Source: a virus
Strand: one strand, 5' to 3'
IMG/VR virus record: IMGVR_UViG_3300032053_000025
Location: 1 to 64,000 of that record
Length of the DNA: 64,000 nt
Below are positions 18,530 to 28,265 of the stretch, piece by piece; the first letter of the stretch is position 1, and the number at the start of each line of letters is the position of its first letter. The notes under the pieces were generated by a model. It was given only the letters and a program-made list of their open reading frames with translations. It had not been told where the DNA came from and ran no database searches. Made by a program: the position numbers and the translations under genes.

Positions 18530-18956
18530 TTCAAACGCCCATACAATCTTGGAGAGTATTAGAGGATTTAATTTAGTGGTCCTCTATACACTTCCAGATA
18601 AATCTATTAAAACCGAGATTGCTACCTATACTAATTCTTATAGTCCTCAACAAGCATTCCCAACAATTAAAGCTATACTTTTAAAAGCTTTTATGAACCA
18701 TATTATTATTGAAGGTAGTGCTTCCATTACACCCGAAACTTATTATACCGTACAGTGCCCTAAATGTAGCCATGAAGCAGAAATTGTAGACTATGTTAAT
18801 TATCAAAACTTAAAAGGCTATCCTCACGATATAATTTGCCGGCATTGTGCTGCAAGTAAGGATTCCCAAACGCAATTAGAAAATGTAATTGGAATTTGTA
18901 AACTTAATTTATTTCAACGTTCAATCAGAGAGGCCTTCAATGTCAGAAATATTTAA
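18507..18956 (+). CDS. Hypothetical zinc-ribbon protein
   Basis: CPKC...CRHC. Confidence 0.55.
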   Translation: MDDLIIDNSNAHTILESIRGFNLVVLYTLPDKSIKTEIATYTNSYSPQQAFPTIKAILLKAFMNHIIIEGSASITPETYYTVQCPKCSHEAEIVDYVNYQNLKGYPHDIICRHCAASKDSQTQLENVIGICKLNLFQRSIREAFNVRNI

Positions 18957-19098
18957 AGCTATTTTATTATTGATAGGAATTTATTGCTTATTTTTATTCA
19001 TAATTCCCGCTATATTAATGTGGTTATTTGAAAAATTAGGTACTTGGAAATTGTATAAGAAGTGGTTGAATGTTATTTTAAACGAGGATATAATATAA
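18940..19098 (+). CDS. Small membrane protein
   Basis: GAGG RBS; hydrophobic AILLLIGIYCLFLFIIPAILMWLF. Confidence 0.5.
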   Translation: MSEIFKAILLLIGIYCLFLFIIPAILMWLFEKLGTWKLYKKWLNVILNEDII

Positions 19099-20372
19099 TG
19101 AATATTGGAGTAATTTTAGCTAGCGGTTCAGGAAATAGATTTCAATCTACCATTCCTAAACAGTACACAAAATTGAATGGTAGGCCGGTTATCTACTATG
19201 TTTTAGATGAATTTATTAAGTCTAAATTATTTGATAAAATTATAGTAGTAATCGATGATTTTAGGTTTAAATATTTGCTGGATAAATATCCAGTAATTGT
19301 AATTAAAGGGGGCGATACTCGCAATCGATCCATTGGGGAAGCAATCAAATATATATCTGATTATATTCCCAATACCCGAAATGTATTATTTCACGACGCG
19401 GTTCGCCCCTTAATTAAAGCCGAAGATTTATTCCAATATATGGATAGTTTAAATGGGGAAACAGTAATAGCCTCAATTACCACTGAAAAAGTAACCGATT
19501 CTTTATTATTTATTGATAGGTCAACAACCTGTTTAGTACAAACTCCCGAAGCTTTTGATTTTGAAATATTAAAATCAAGATTTAATCCTAAAGCAAATTA
19601 TACTGCAATTTATGAGCATTTAAAGCCCGCTATTAATGAGGAAATTGCACATATAGAATTAGGGCATCCAAACTATAAAATTACATATCAATACGATTTA
19701 TATATGCTTGAGCACTTAATTAAATACAATCAATATAAATCTACAATGCCTAATTTACAAGGCAAGAATATTCTATTGTTAGGTTCGACCGGAGGTATAG
19801 GTAAGGAAGTCTATAATCAATTAAAACAATTTCAACCTTTGAATATTTATTGCCCTTTACATTCAGAGATAGATTTATCCACTTATTTTATTGACAAATT
19901 GATGTCCAAATATACCTCAATCGATGTAATAATTAACTGTGCAGGTATAGCAATTAAAGATGAGGCTGAGAACTATGATATTCAAGAAAAAATATACAAT
20001 CAAACCTTTGATATTAATGTAAAAGCTCACTTACAGTTGATTAATTTTGCTGAACGTCAAAAGAGGCGGATTAATATAGTAACTATCAGTTCATCCTCAG
20101 TTACTAAGGGCAGACCTGGATATGGGATTTATTCTGCCTCTAAAATAGCCCTACAGAGCCTCATAGAGGCACAATCGGAAGCTTTAGCTGCCTCAGGTAT
20201 CTTTGTTACGTGTATATGCCCTGAACGAGTGGCAACTTCAATGGCAACAAATTTGCATGGGGAAGTTAATTTAGATGAAATGTTAAGTGTAGCTGAAGTT
20301 GCCCAAGCAATACTCTCATATAGTGATGTAAAAATAGGCGGAAAAATAATATATTTAAGAAGGGGGTTCTAA
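19098..20372 (+). CDS. Bifunctional IspD/TarI cytidylyltransferase + SDR reductase (Bcs1-like CDP-ribitol synthase)
   Basis: ILASGSGNRF..PKQY, GGDTR, HDAVRP, VQTPEAF, NYKIT; then GSTGGIG, NCAG, SSSS, YSASK. Confidence 0.88.
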   Translation: MNIGVILASGSGNRFQSTIPKQYTKLNGRPVIYYVLDEFIKSKLFDKIIVVIDDFRFKYLLDKYPVIVIKGGDTRNRSIGEAIKYISDYIPNTRNVLFHDAVRPLIKAEDLFQYMDSLNGETVIASITTEKVTDSLLFIDRSTTCLVQTPEAFDFEILKSRFNPKANYTAIYEHLKPAINEEIAHIELGHPNYKITYQYDLYMLEHLIKYNQYKSTMPNLQGKNILLLGSTGGIGKEVYNQLKQFQPLNIYCPLHSEIDLSTYFIDKLMSKYTSIDVIINCAGIAIKDEAENYDIQEKIYNQTFDINVKAHLQLINFAERQKRRINIVTISSSSVTKGRPGYGIYSASKIALQSLIEAQSEALAASGIFVTCICPERVATSMATNLHGEVNLDEMLSVAEVAQAILSYSDVKIGGKIIYLRRGF

Positions 20373-20374
20373 AA

Positions 20375-22243
20375 ATGCCTTACCGTAACCCGAATAATGC
20401 AGTAACAGTACTAACTTCATTAACCTCCATATTAACTACTTATGGTTTGAAGTATTTTCTTGATGGAGGAACCTTACTAGGAATTATACGTCAGAAGGCT
20501 TTCATCGAAAAAGACGGAGATATGGATATTGGTATTTTTACCAATGAATGGCAAGGATCAGAAGAGCATATTATATCAGCTTTAATAAATAAGGACTTTA
20601 AAATAGATAGGAATAATCCTCAATGTTTTGCTGTTAAGAAGGACAATATTCATATTGATTGCTGGAAATTCAATGAGAGGGACAATGATTATTTTCATTA
20701 TGGCTGGCAAGGCGAGTTTAGTTTTTGTAAAGACACTTTAGATACTTTAGATAAAGTTATTTTTATGAATCAAGAATTTACAACTCCCCATAATCCTAAA
20801 AAGTATCTCAAACATTTATATGGAGAGGATTGGCAAACTCCTAAATCTATGAATAAACCTTATGATTATCCTAACTATTCTGATAAGTCAACTTCAATGA
20901 GAGGATTGGCAAACTCCTATTCAATGAGAGTATTTTTGAAACAAGTTATTGATTTGCTCAATCAAAATGAAATTAGATATACCTTGATTTGTGGCTCGTT
21001 GCTTGGCGCATATAGGGATAAAAATATAATAGAAGGGGATGATGATTTTGATTTAGGCTTATTTGCGAAGGATTATGAGAAAGTTCGGCAATTATTAATT
21101 GATAATAATATCGTAATTAAAGCTCTATGGAGGAGAGAAATTTCAATTTTATCTACTCCACCTATCCCTAAATGTCAAATAGACCTATTCTTCTTAGAAA
21201 AGGAAGGTTCAAATTTATATTTATATTTATATAGCCAGAAACCCAATCCTTTATCTAAGAAATGGAATTTAGAATGGCGAAGGCAATTTCCGGCAAAATA
21301 TTTCAAGGAATTTGTACCTATTGATTTTATTGGATTAGAGGTTATGATACCTAAAGATACAGAAAAAATATTAGAACATCATTATGGAAACTGGAAGGTT
21401 AAGGATTCTAATGCTGAAGGAAATTTATGGAAACCAGATTCGATTGACCATAATTATAGAGAAATTGCAATTGTATCTACAAATTTTTTACGTAATGACA
21501 CCACGAAAGCATTTATAGAATCTATACAAAAAATACTGCCTAAAGAATGGTATAGGATTTATTTAGCAGACCAAGGCCCCTATGATGCAGAGATGGAGTT
21601 ATATTATGCAAAATTAAGGTTAGAAGGGCATGTTATTCAATGGTTGCCATACAACTGTGGATTAAGTTTTGCGAGGAATTACTTAGTTAAACAATCTAAA
21701 GAACCATACATATATTTAATGGATAATGATTTTATCCTTACTCCAGAGAGCGATCCTTCGCCAATGTTACAAATTTTAGAAGATAATCCTAATATAGGTA
21801 TTGTTGGTGCTAAATTAATCGAACATGAAGACTATCATTTTAATTTGATATGGTCGCTAAATCCTCGCAAATTATATTATGTGCCTACTTTGCCAACTTC
21901 AATTAGGCAAACTAAAGCATATAAATGCCAGAAAGCAATTTCATATAGGTTATGTGATATTGTCCTTAATTTTGCTTTATATAAAAGAGAAGTATTAAAT
22001 GACCTTTTATGGGATGAGGAATTAAAATTAGTCGAGCACTCCTCGTATTTTTTAAAACTAAAAGAATTAAACAAATGGCAGGTTGCATATACCCCAGATG
22101 TATTAGCTATTCATACTAAAGATAGGAAGGATGAAACTTATAGGACGTTTAGAGGTATTTTAAATGCTGAAAAATGCGAACAATTATTTCTTAAAAAATG
22201 GAAATTAGATAAACAAGATATAATCAAAATAAGAGGAGTATAA
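20375..22243 (+). CDS. Tandem LicD-LicD phosphotransferase fused to a GT-A glycosyltransferase
   Basis: GGTLLGIIR...DGDMDIG and CGSLLGAYR...DDDFDLG, each followed by YL/ILxHxYG.W; GT-A with NCGLSFARN, MDNDF, CDIVLNF, EH. Confidence 0.85.
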   Translation: MPYRNPNNAVTVLTSLTSILTTYGLKYFLDGGTLLGIIRQKAFIEKDGDMDIGIFTNEWQGSEEHIISALINKDFKIDRNNPQCFAVKKDNIHIDCWKFNERDNDYFHYGWQGEFSFCKDTLDTLDKVIFMNQEFTTPHNPKKYLKHLYGEDWQTPKSMNKPYDYPNYSDKSTSMRGLANSYSMRVFLKQVIDLLNQNEIRYTLICGSLLGAYRDKNIIEGDDDFDLGLFAKDYEKVRQLLIDNNIVIKALWRREISILSTPPIPKCQIDLFFLEKEGSNLYLYLYSQKPNPLSKKWNLEWRRQFPAKYFKEFVPIDFIGLEVMIPKDTEKILEHHYGNWKVKDSNAEGNLWKPDSIDHNYREIAIVSTNFLRNDTTKAFIESIQKILPKEWYRIYLADQGPYDAEMELYYAKLRLEGHVIQWLPYNCGLSFARNYLVKQSKEPYIYLMDNDFILTPESDPSPMLQILEDNPNIGIVGAKLIEHEDYHFNLIWSLNPRKLYYVPTLPTSIRQTKAYKCQKAISYRLCDIVLNFALYKREVLNDLLWDEELKLVEHSSYFLKLKELNKWQVAYTPDVLAIHTKDRKDETYRTFRGILNAEKCEQLFLKKWKLDKQDIIKIRGV

Positions 22244-22244
22244 A

Positions 22245-23645
22245 ATGCCATATCAATTACCTATAATTACCGAAAGTTTAATGCCGATGGATCTAAAAGC
22301 TGTAGAAAATTTAATTATTCCTAAAGTGGAAAATAAGGATATAGGGATAGTATTTGATAGTTTTCTTAGGGATAAATTGGTATTTAATTTAATTGAGAGT
22401 ATATGCAAATATGCACCCGGTTATAGAATGTATATTGCAGACCAAGGAATATTTGACCCTATTAAAAATTCCCTTTATTTAAGGTTAGAAGCTAAAGGTC
22501 ATAAGATTATTTATTGCGGTTTCGATTCAGGTGTAGCAAGATGTAGAAATGAAGCAATTAAACAAGCAACAGAACCTTATGTATTCCTATGCGATGGAGA
22601 CAACATATTTATACCTCAAACTAATTTAGAAAAATTAAAAGACTTAATGAAGTCTAGATTTACTCTATATTGGCTTGCAGGTTTAGAAGTAATTGATGAT
22701 AAGCCTATGTATTATGAAAATAACTTAGCCATAAAAGATAGGGTAGTACATTATACTCCTCAGACTGAGGAGTTTAAAAATAGTAATAAAGCCGTATTTA
22801 TGTGCGATATGACTATGAATCAAGGCTTAGTTAAGACTAAGTTATTTGACATTGTTAAATATGACTCAAGAATGATGTTAGCAGAGCATCTAGATTTATT
22901 TTTGCAGATTCAGACTAAAACCAAATACAAAGTCGGTATTACTAAACTATCCTCCATAGGTAATCAAAATTTTAAAATAGACAATCCTATTTATAATAAG
23001 TATAGAGGTCGCAATAAATTGTTTTGGCAGTATTATATTGAAAAATGGGGAATAGATTATGTTAACGATTGGAAGATTGAAACTCCTGATAATAAACTCG
23101 AATATGTATTAGTAGAGGAGAAACCTATAATTCCTCTCCCAATAATTCCAATAATACCAGTTATGCCTATAGTTAAAACAGAGATTGCAATGGTTAAGCA
23201 ACCTCCAATTACAATTATACCTACACCTGTGACTGCCCCTAAACCAATACCGATAATTCCTAAACGAACAGAACCTTATAATGAAGTTACTCAAGCCTTA
23301 TTAGATTTTGCTTCAATTTTAGATTCCAATGAAAAGGATTATTATTTGCTGAAAGGCACATGCTTGAATTATTTATTGCATAAACCTTTGTTGAATAAAG
23401 TTTATATCGGTCTTGCTTTAAATAAATCTATTGTAGAAATTTTGGTTAAAAAAGGATATGAGCAAAATGCGGCCAATATATTCAGGAAGAATGGTATCGA
23501 TTTTATAATTGAGTCTTATATTCCTTCAAGGTTTAAAGAAGGCAATGCTTTAGAAGGAAAGAATTTTAAAGTTCCTTATCCTGCGGTAGCGTATTTAATC
23601 GAACAATTTGGTAAAGATTGGGCTTTAACAATATTAAAGGAATAA
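22245..23645 (+). CDS. GT-A glycosyltransferase + Pro-rich linker + degenerate LicD-like domain
   Basis: DSGVARCRN, CDGDN, CDMTMN, AEHLD; PIIP linker; YYLLKGTCL...VPYPAVAYLIEQFGKDW. Confidence 0.8.
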   Translation: MPYQLPIITESLMPMDLKAVENLIIPKVENKDIGIVFDSFLRDKLVFNLIESICKYAPGYRMYIADQGIFDPIKNSLYLRLEAKGHKIIYCGFDSGVARCRNEAIKQATEPYVFLCDGDNIFIPQTNLEKLKDLMKSRFTLYWLAGLEVIDDKPMYYENNLAIKDRVVHYTPQTEEFKNSNKAVFMCDMTMNQGLVKTKLFDIVKYDSRMMLAEHLDLFLQIQTKTKYKVGITKLSSIGNQNFKIDNPIYNKYRGRNKLFWQYYIEKWGIDYVNDWKIETPDNKLEYVLVEEKPIIPLPIIPIIPVMPIVKTEIAMVKQPPITIIPTPVTAPKPIPIIPKRTEPYNEVTQALLDFASILDSNEKDYYLLKGTCLNYLLHKPLLNKVYIGLALNKSIVEILVKKGYEQNAANIFRKNGIDFIIESYIPSRFKEGNALEGKNFKVPYPAVAYLIEQFGKDWALTILKE

Positions 23646-24418
23646 TGGCAGAATTAGCAATAATAACGACAACACTATTTAGGGATAACCTTACCAAACA
23701 ATTCTTTACTAATCTTAGAAATTTGTTAGGTAAAGGTAACTATAAATTATACCTTGCAGATTTAGGGGTTTATTCAATAGAAGCAGAGCATAATTATCAT
23801 TGGTTGTTAGAAGTTCGAGGACACCATTATGAATGGTTACCTTTCAATTGTGGATTGGGTCATACTTATAATGCCCTTTTAGCCAAAGTTAAGGAACCTT
23901 TCATATATTTTATCAATAATGATGCTATATTGGCTTTAAAGTGCCATCCTAAGCCTCTACAAGCCGTTCTGTTGCACGATCTATCTATAGGTGCAGTAGG
24001 AGGTCAAACAATAGGGAAATCGACTAATAGGCACAATTTAAGCCTATCTCACAAGCCTAAAACAAGATTATTAGTTACTCCTGTACCTTTAGCGGCAAAA
24101 AGAAAATTGCCTATAGAATCTTGTAGGAATTTGGATTATTATTTGTGTGATTATGTTGAAGGCCCAGTATTGTTCAGAAGAGAAGTATTTGAGGATATTA
24201 ACTTCGATCCTTCATTTAAGAATGGTAATTTATTGGATTTATTTTTAAGATTAAAAGCAACTGAAAAATGGAATGTTGCTCAGGTACCTACTATGCAGAT
24301 TAAGAATTTAATTAATAAAAAAAGGGGAGTATATAAGATGTTTAATTTACCTGAAGATAAGTTATTTATGGATAAATGGGGATTAAAAAAGAAAGATTTT
24401 ATTATAGTAGGAGAATAA
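23645..24418 (+). CDS. GT-A glycosyltransferase paralog (degenerate DxD)
   Basis: LYLADLG, WLPFNCGL, INNDA, CDYVEG. Confidence 0.72.
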   Translation: MAELAIITTTLFRDNLTKQFFTNLRNLLGKGNYKLYLADLGVYSIEAEHNYHWLLEVRGHHYEWLPFNCGLGHTYNALLAKVKEPFIYFINNDAILALKCHPKPLQAVLLHDLSIGAVGGQTIGKSTNRHNLSLSHKPKTRLLVTPVPLAAKRKLPIESCRNLDYYLCDYVEGPVLFRREVFEDINFDPSFKNGNLLDLFLRLKATEKWNVAQVPTMQIKNLINKKRGVYKMFNLPEDKLFMDKWGLKKKDFIIVGE

Positions 24419-24420
24419 TT

Positions 24421-25065
24421 ATGGAAAAGCTATTATTTATAGGAAGCCATTTAGACGATATAGAAATTGCAGCGGGAGGCACTGTTGCTAAAGCAATTCA
24501 AAAAGGACACGTTATAAAAACGGTCATTATGTCTAAATCCGACTATACTAACTATGACGGAAAAATATTACGGACATGGACTGAAGCCCACGAAGAAGGA
24601 ATAGAGGCCCTACATATTTTAGGCGTAACCGATATAGATATTTTATCTTTTTCCGTAAAGGATACTCCTTATGATTCTTCCTCTATAGAGGCACTTAATA
24701 AAATTATGGATAAATTTCAACCTACACAAATCATAACCCACTGGCCATTTGATACACATCAATCTCATCGCAATACTGCATTGGCTTCTATATCAGCAGG
24801 ACGGAACTTTAATAACATATTAATGTATGAATCCTTTCCACCTAGCGGAAGAAGTTATGTAGCATTTAAACCTCAAGTATATTCGGATATTACCGATGTT
24901 TTAGCACTCAAGATGCAATCCTTAAAAGCACATAAAAGTCAATATAAGAAATATGGAGAACTGTGGATAGATGCCGTAATTGGAAGAGCCCAATTAAGAG
25001 GGTGGGAATGTGGTAATAAGTATGCTGAATGTTTTGAATTATTAAGAAGCGACCTAATACTATGA
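24421..25065 (+). CDS. PIG-L/LmbE family N-deacetylase
   Basis: SHLDDIE, AGGT, DTHQSH, AHKSQ, YAECF. Confidence 0.9.
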   Translation: MEKLLFIGSHLDDIEIAAGGTVAKAIQKGHVIKTVIMSKSDYTNYDGKILRTWTEAHEEGIEALHILGVTDIDILSFSVKDTPYDSSSIEALNKIMDKFQPTQIITHWPFDTHQSHRNTALASISAGRNFNNILMYESFPPSGRSYVAFKPQVYSDITDVLALKMQSLKAHKSQYKKYGELWIDAVIGRAQLRGWECGNKYAECFELLRSDLIL

Positions 25066-25205
25066 TACATTATTATCCTCATAATGATTGGATTGAACAT
25101 AAATTAGAAGGCACTCAATGTATTTGCGAACCTAAAATTGATTGGCATTTAGGTATAGTTATTCATAATTCTGCCGATGGCAGAGAAGAGAAGGAGAGTA
25201 TATGA
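25062..25205 (+). CDS. Small His/Cys hypothetical protein (47 aa)
   Basis: MIHYYPHNDWIEH...CICEP...IVIHNSADGRE; ATGA overlaps on both sides. Confidence 0.55.
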   Translation: MIHYYPHNDWIEHKLEGTQCICEPKIDWHLGIVIHNSADGREEKESI

Positions 25206-26425
25206 TAATTTCAATTCACCAGCCCGAGGCTTTCTGTCATTTATCCCTTTTAGATACAATATCTAAATCTGAGTTGTTTATTATTGGGGACGATTTTCAA
25301 TATCAGAAATCGTACTTTGACAATCGCAATAAAATTCGATCCAACTCTAAAGAAGGCTGGTCATGGCTAACTATCCCCGTTCAAGCTTCCAACAATCATA
25401 TTGCTATAAAGGATATTAAGGTAGCTTCGGGTGATTGGAAGAATAAATTACTCAATCAATTAACATCGAGCTATCAACATGCTCCTTATTTTAATGTTTA
25501 TTTTCCTCAATTGCAAGAATTATTGAAGACACAAAGCGAATACCTTATTGATTATACTTTACCTATACTACAATGGTTCCTACTCCAATTTAAAATTTAT
25601 ACTCCAATTAAATTAATGAGCAAATTAAATATCCAATCTGATAATGGTTCTGATAAGGTTTTGGAAATTTGTAAAAAGGTGGGAACAAATACTTACTTAT
25701 CGGGTCCAAGTGGGAAGGATTATCTGAATTTAGCTTCCTTTAAGGAAGCAGGAATAGACTTGCAGTATCATAATTATTTACATCCTTATTACCAATCATT
25801 TCCAAAGGTAGATATGCTCCCAGGCTTATCTGCTTTAGATTGTTTATTCTCACATGGACCAAACTCAAACAATATTATGCAGGCTAAAGGTATAGGTAGC
25901 ATGGCTACAATTATGGGGAATATTGAATATAAACATAGGTCCATTCTTGAGGTATTTGGCGGGGATGGTACGGGCCAATTATCATCATATGGTAACACAG
26001 TTGATTGTTCTAATTTAACAATATGGGAATTAGATTTGCAAAATGTATATAAACTTAGGGATAAATATCCTCATGCTAATGTTAAGCATGTTGATTCTTT
26101 AATTGAAGCCAAAAAGACTAATCAAACCTTTGATATTATTATAATTGATACTCCGGCATTGATGTCTAACAATAAATTATTACCTCAAATATCAAACTTA
26201 CTTACCGAGGATGAGGATGGAATACTTATATTTAGAGCAATTAAACAATCGTGGAATAATCATCCTTCAGTGGAAGTTGACCAACCCATTGAATATTGGA
26301 AATTAATTTTTCAACAGGACTTTGATATTATTAATATGAAAGAAGTGCAAAGAGAATATTTTTGGAGTGAAGGTAAGTGGAAATTATGGTTAAGCAATTA
26401 CCTTTTCCAATTAAGGAGGATATAA
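25202..26425 (+). CDS. WbqC-like protein fused to a SAM-methyltransferase-like domain
   Basis: SIHQP, DDFQYQK...NRNKI, WLTIPV, YLSGPSGKDYL, LSALD; C-terminal LEVFGGDG...FDIIIID. Confidence 0.82.
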   Translation: MIISIHQPEAFCHLSLLDTISKSELFIIGDDFQYQKSYFDNRNKIRSNSKEGWSWLTIPVQASNNHIAIKDIKVASGDWKNKLLNQLTSSYQHAPYFNVYFPQLQELLKTQSEYLIDYTLPILQWFLLQFKIYTPIKLMSKLNIQSDNGSDKVLEICKKVGTNTYLSGPSGKDYLNLASFKEAGIDLQYHNYLHPYYQSFPKVDMLPGLSALDCLFSHGPNSNNIMQAKGIGSMATIMGNIEYKHRSILEVFGGDGTGQLSSYGNTVDCSNLTIWELDLQNVYKLRDKYPHANVKHVDSLIEAKKTNQTFDIIIIDTPALMSNNKLLPQISNLLTEDEDGILIFRAIKQSWNNHPSVEVDQPIEYWKLIFQQDFDIINMKEVQREYFWSEGKWKLWLSNYLFQLRRI

Positions 26426-26426
26426 A

Positions 26427-27338
26427 ATGAGTAAAATATTCAAGCCTTTTAAACTCCCTAATGACTCTGTAGATGTAAATACTCTACAATTCCCTTTATT
26501 AGCCAGCAGAAAGCTGGATGGATTGAGACTAGTTGTCAACAAGGGTGGTATGTTTACTTGTTCATTAAAACAATTTCCCAATGTGCAATTGCAGGGCAGG
26601 TTCGAGCATTTAATGAAGATTTCCAGAGGACTAAATTTACTCTTAGATGGAGAATTATTAGCTAAGAGTTTAACTTTCTATGAATTAAGTGGGCTTTGCA
26701 GGAGGCTAGACGCACCCTTACCAGAGGATTTATATTTTTATGCCTTTGATGCGGTACAAAACGAGCAATATGATATGGAGTTTAGCAAGAGGATATCTTA
26801 TTTAGACAATATAGCAAAATATTCTTATGTTAAGGTTCTAGAACAAAGATTAGTTAAATCTATAGAAGAAGTCTGGGCATTTTATGAAGAGGCATTAAAA
26901 GAAGGTCATTGTGATGGGCTAATCTTGAGAAGCCCAATGGGTAGATATAAATGTGGTAGAGCAACTATCAATGAAGGTTTGGGATATAAATTAAAGCCAT
27001 TCGAGACAATAGACTCCGCAATTATAGGGGTTGTACAAGCAACTGAGGTAGATCCAAGGGCAGAAAAGACAATCAACGAGCTGGGGCGGAGTACAACCTC
27101 TAAGAAATTAGGGGATAGAATTTTAATTGAAAAAGCCTCTGCTTTTGTTGTCAAGTATGAAGGAAAAGATTTGAAAGTTACTATTGCAATGACTGATATA
27201 GAGAAAGAAGAAATTTGGAAGAATAAGGATTCTTATATTGGAAGATGGATTGAATTCAAAGCCATGAGGGTGGGAATGCTTGAAGATGGTTTGCCAAGGC
27301 ACCCCACAACCCTGAGAATGAGAACCGATAAAGACTAA
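26427..27338 (+). CDS. lig: ATP-dependent DNA ligase
   Basis: SRKLDGLR, LDGE, YAFD, DGLILR, YKCGR, KLKP, PRHP. Confidence 0.92.
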   Translation: MSKIFKPFKLPNDSVDVNTLQFPLLASRKLDGLRLVVNKGGMFTCSLKQFPNVQLQGRFEHLMKISRGLNLLLDGELLAKSLTFYELSGLCRRLDAPLPEDLYFYAFDAVQNEQYDMEFSKRISYLDNIAKYSYVKVLEQRLVKSIEEVWAFYEEALKEGHCDGLILRSPMGRYKCGRATINEGLGYKLKPFETIDSAIIGVVQATEVDPRAEKTINELGRSTTSKKLGDRILIEKASAFVVKYEGKDLKVTIAMTDIEKEEIWKNKDSYIGRWIEFKAMRVGMLEDGLPRHPTTLRMRTDKD

Positions 27339-27339
27339 T

Positions 27340-27552
27340 ATGCACTATATGCCTAAAAATACCAACTATTTAGCGATACTCGATAAGACCGAATCCATAG
27401 GCAAACAAATTAACGCAAATAAAATGATTGATTTGCGTATAGCAAGGGGCGGTTGTTTTGTTGCCCGTTATTATATTAAGACTGCAAAAATTAAAGGTAT
27501 TGAAGTAGACTTAATGTATGAAGTCAAGATTTATGACAATCTGAAATCATAG
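27340..27552 (+). CDS. Hypothetical protein
   Basis: ORF fills the gap between ligase and FkbM. Confidence 0.45.
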   Translation: MHYMPKNTNYLAILDKTESIGKQINANKMIDLRIARGGCFVARYYIKTAKIKGIEVDLMYEVKIYDNLKS

Positions 27553-27562
27553 GAGAATAATA

Positions 27563-28258
27563 ATGGAAATTAAGCAATACAAAGACTATCAAATCCAACT
27601 TCGATCCTCCTCAGATGCAGGAGTATTCCAAGAAATTATCATTAACAATTGTTATGGTATTGATTTTAAATGGTTTGATAAAGTAAAGACCATCATTGAT
27701 ATTGGTGGCCATATAGGTATATTTAGTTTATTTATTGCTCCTTATGTTGATAAGATTTATACCTTTGAACCTTATTGGCAAAATTATAGATTATTGGTAG
27801 AAAATGTAGACCAGAATAATTTACTATCTAAAATTAAATGTCATCAAAAAGCAGTTACCCATTATGAAGGAGTAATTGATTTTTATGAATCTAAACAAAC
27901 CCATGTAAGACATACTATTGTACCTCCGGGGCAATTAAAATTTTGCGACCAAGGGGAGAAAATAATTGTGCCTTGCACTTCTCTCTTCAATATTATGTCT
28001 ACTATTGGGCATCCAACCTTATTGAAAATAGATATTGAAGGTGGAGAATATTCCTTACTATTCAATACACCCGAGCAAGCATTTAAAAATATTACTTACA
28101 TTGTTATGGAAACTCACCATGACGAATCTTCCCTTTTCAATAAAGACGATCTTATCAAAAAATTAGAAAGTTATGGCTACAAAGTTTCCTGGAAATTTAA
28201 CTGGAAAGACCCAGACTATAAAATGACAACCGGAGATTTAATAGCCATAAAAGAATAG
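27563..28258 (+). CDS. FkbM family methyltransferase
   Basis: IDIGGHIGIFS, FEP, LKIDIEGGE, METH. Confidence 0.9.
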   Translation: MEIKQYKDYQIQLRSSSDAGVFQEIIINNCYGIDFKWFDKVKTIIDIGGHIGIFSLFIAPYVDKIYTFEPYWQNYRLLVENVDQNNLLSKIKCHQKAVTHYEGVIDFYESKQTHVRHTIVPPGQLKFCDQGEKIIVPCTSLFNIMSTIGHPTLLKIDIEGGEYSLLFNTPEQAFKNITYIVMETHHDESSLFNKDDLIKKLESYGYKVSWKFNWKDPDYKMTTGDLIAIKE

Positions 28259-28265
28259 GAGTAAA

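Noticed and set aside
23120-23265. Pro/Ile-rich stretch as a DNA repeat element
   Set aside because: Explained as a low-complexity protein linker between the GT and LicD-like domains
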